NCBI GenBank assembly: GCA_046754105.1 | Contig: JBHHVD010000007.1 | Span: forward strand, 1-52,063 | Direction: 5' to 3' | Source of the DNA: Candidatus Krumholzibacteriia bacterium | GTDB taxonomy: Bacteria > Krumholzibacteriota > Krumholzibacteriia > WVZY01 | DNA: 52,063 nt | In this document: piece by piece, positions 50,801 to 52,063 of the stretch | Position numbering within the stretch: position 1 is the first letter of the stretch | Layout of the letters: each line of letters begins with the position of its first letter | Translations under genes and position numbers: made by a program | The notes under the pieces: generated by a model | What the model saw: the letters and a program-made list of their open reading frames with translations, nothing else | What the model was told of the DNA's origin: nothing | Database searches by the model: none

Positions 50801-51217
50801 GGCACGGAATGGGTCGATCCCGACCACGACGGCTGGAACGTCTACTACCGCGTCACCGCCGTGGACCGGGCGGGCAACGAGAGCGACCCGGCCTCCCCCG
50901 GCACGGCGACGGCCATCGGCGACGTCACGACCCCCACGCATTCCAGGCTGTACCAGAACGCGCCCAATCCCTTTAATCCGACGACGACGATACGGTACGA
51001 CGTCGCCGCCGGTGGCGGGCAGGTGACACTCCGCATCTACGACGTCGCCGGCCGGCGGGTGAGATCGCTTGTGAACGGGAGTATGGATGCGGGGCCGAAG
51101 TCCGTGACCTGGGACGGCACGAACGACCGCGGCCGGCGCGTAGCCTCCGGCGTGTACTTCTACCGCTTGCAGGCCCCCGGCTACGTGAAGACCCTCAAGA
51201 TGACACTATTGCAGTAA
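47858..51217 (+). CDS. Secreted LVIVD-repeat protein (14 repeats) with FN3-like and FlgD-Ig/T9SS-type C-terminal domains
   Basis: Signal peptide, repeats VAVSGDYAYVA..GL.VIDISDP.NP, and a tail LYQNAPNPFNP...ASGVYFYRL. Confidence 0.9.
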   Translation: MQYRSTLTALWTAAAVSLLSAAPSHGELNRYVEDFTTTTYKDAASTTALWKTGAGALELPPFGIGAAGSYGTGNFATEVAVSGDYAYVASGSVGLKVIDISDPINPTLAGQFNTPDFAQGVAVSGDYAYVCDRGGGLRVIDITDPTQPVEVADIALYAFANNVAISGNYAYVAVWAGGLHVIDITDPTNPRRAGNYSTADYAYDVVVSGDYAYLTDSGFAPGLHVVDISDPTNPTPAAFHSTPSSAFGVVVSGDRAYVADWVAGLQVIDISDPAQPSLVAAADTPYTAFDVAVSGDHAYVGDRLGGFHVIDIADPANPALTGTVMTPDQAHGVVVAGEYAYIADWASGLQIIEIGTPTDPAIAGSYGTGNFATEVAVSGDYAYVASGSVGLKVIDISDPINPTLAGQFNTPDFAQGVAVSGDYAYVCDRGGGLRVIDITDPTQPVEVADIALYAFANNVAISGNYAYVAVWAGGLHVIDITDPTNPRRAGNYSTADYAYDVVVSGDYAYLTDSGFAPGLHVVDISDPTNPTPAAFHSTPSSAFGVVVSGDRAYVADWVAGLQVIDISDPAQPSLVAAADTPYTAFDVAVSGDHAYVGDRLGGFHVIDIADPANPALTGTVMTPDQAHGVVVAGEYAYIADWASGLQIAKISERRVTAAANAARSLVVDGTDAAVRRARLTTQEVGSIDWELSADGGVNWQGFVPGAEWQMFAAGGNDIVWRSTLNSSASTPPPVCTRLDIQWLYEFAVIDSIVDVPADQGGWVRVYFTRSDHDFADEGSLPILAYNVHRRIDNAALAARLLADGEPVTRVERVSLPGGAELMLYPPEGKNSRLCRLENRYYLVTATGGTGATRANGVTARTAGTTAWEVVGTVFSQQQDQYVFLAPTFGDAPQTIPYSVYYISAHTTTPTVFFASPPDSGFSVDNLAPAAPQGFQVAYNTGGGNRLTWAPSGDPDVSVFRVYRSADPGVPVEPGSLVGSTPGTEWVDPDHDGWNVYYRVTAVDRAGNESDPASPGTATAIGDVTTPTHSRLYQNAPNPFNPTTTIRYDVAAGGGQVTLRIYDVAGRRVRSLVNGSMDAGPKSVTWDGTNDRGRRVASGVYFYRLQAPGYVKTLKMTLLQ
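48055..49797 (+). repeat. Apparently exact 855-bp direct repeat (48055-48909 and 48943-49797; period 888)
   Basis: The translations are identical in three reading frames of the ORF track, and nucleotide spot checks match. A unique 33-bp spacer separates the copies. Confidence 0.92.
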
Positions 51218-51235
51218 ACTTCGAAACGTCGATCC

Positions 51236-52063
51236 TCAAGCGGATTTCTGCTCGTTCCATTGTTCACGGTACCGTGACCGCAGGATTTCGTACGCGCGAA
51301 TATCTTCCCGCTTCCCTCGCTTGCGCGCACCTTCGAGGTACACGTCGATCTTTTCCACGAGGACCCGAAGTGCCGCCTCCCGGTCCCCGGCGCGCAGGAA
51401 TCGAGAGCGCACGATCTTTTCCAGCGCGTGAATTCGAAAGCGGTCCATCCCCCAGTACGCCCGGGACAGCTGATCGGGGTGCCCGCCGTACTTAACGACC
51501 AGCGGCTGGTCGACAAAGAGCACGGGGTACCGGCAGCAGATACGGAGCCACAGGTCGTAATCCTCGCACACGGGCAGGGATTCATCGAACCCTCCCACCT
51601 CTTCGAAAAGAGCGCGCCGCAGGAGTACGGATGACGGCGAAATGGCGCACAGCGGCAGGCAGTTCCTGAAGATGAAACCGCCGCTCTTTGCGTGGCGGCG
51701 CTTTGGGTTCACGCGGCGGCCGCGCCGGACCCAGGTTTCATTGGTGTGACAGAGCGCGTGGCCGGGATCGGCATGCAGCGCTTGCAGCTGGCGTTCGAGC
51801 TTGACCGGCTGCCACTCGTCATCCGAGTCGAGGAAGGCGACCCAACCGCCGCTCGATTCTGCGACCCCGCGGTTGCGCGCGGCACTCACACCTCGGTGCG
51901 GCTGTCGAACGCAGCGCACGCCCGGAAACTCCCGCGGCAGCCACTCGGGCGTGTCGTCCGTCGAGCCGTCGTCTACGACGACGATTTCATCCGGCGCCCG
52001 CGTTTGCGCCGTCACCGACCGGAGCGCCCGGCGCAGAACCTCGGAGCGATCGTATGTGGGAAT
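51236..52063 (-). CDS. Glycosyltransferase family 2 (GT-A), 5' end outside the window
   Basis: IPTYDRS..., EIVVVDDGSTD, GVSAARNRG, AFLDSDDEW and CEDYDLWLR motifs. The frame is open to the window edge. Confidence 0.92.
   Translation of the reverse strand: MPTYDRSEVLRRALRSVTAQTRAPDEIVVVDDGSTDDTPEWLPREFPGVRCVRQPHRGVSAARNRGVAESSGGWVAFLDSDDEWQPVKLERQLQALHADPGHALCHTNETWVRRGRRVNPKRRHAKSGGFIFRNCLPLCAISPSSVLLRRALFEEVGGFDESLPVCEDYDLWLRICCRYPVLFVDQPLVVKYGGHPDQLSRAYWGMDRFRIHALEKIVRSRFLRAGDREAALRVLVEKIDVYLEGARKRGKREDIRAYEILRSRYREQWNEQKSA

Noticed and set aside
47927..50941. 1004-aa minus-strand ORF, and similar long antisense ORFs such as 43569-45392, 8626-9918 and 22826-24268
   Set aside because: Shadow ORFs antisense to well-supported genes. 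High-GC codon bias suppresses stops and they contain no recognisable motifs.

Overview
High-GC (about two-thirds by eye) bacterial chromosomal window with about 34 CDSs. I recognised no rRNA, tRNA, CRISPR array or mobile element. Four secreted proteins end in a 'QNxPNPF(N/S)...G.YF' FlgD-Ig/T9SS-type tail, which suggests an FCB-related lineage such as Krumholzibacteriota or Latescibacterota (inference). The left part is mostly housekeeping and metabolic: an AstE/AspA-like deacylase, a GCS2-CBS ligase, ALDH, a ThDP enzyme, a TrpF-like gene, gltA, an SLC13 permease, Smr, CopD, AI-2E, PhoX, DinB, CAP, acnA, a lipoprotein, an interrupted methyltransferase, and an FAD oxidoreductase plus polyferredoxin pair. 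The most notable feature is a ~19 kb minus-strand locus (24365-43308) that looks like a sigma-54-controlled glycan synthesis, phosphorylation and export system. It encodes a HisKA_2 sensor kinase, a sigma-54 activator, a -24/-12 promoter with candidate enhancer repeats, a REC-PAS-glycosyltransferase fusion, a double GT4, an ABC exporter, two APH-like kinases, an AlgE-like porin and two secreted repeat proteins. The kinase's periplasmic sensor is homologous to the porin's N-terminal module, and the activator and the glycosyltransferase carry closely related receiver domains. The right end has an aldolase/SDR fusion, a secreted protein, a methyltransferase, an LVIVD protein with an apparently exact 855-bp duplication, and a partial GT2. 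All family calls come from motif recognition; no database searches were run.
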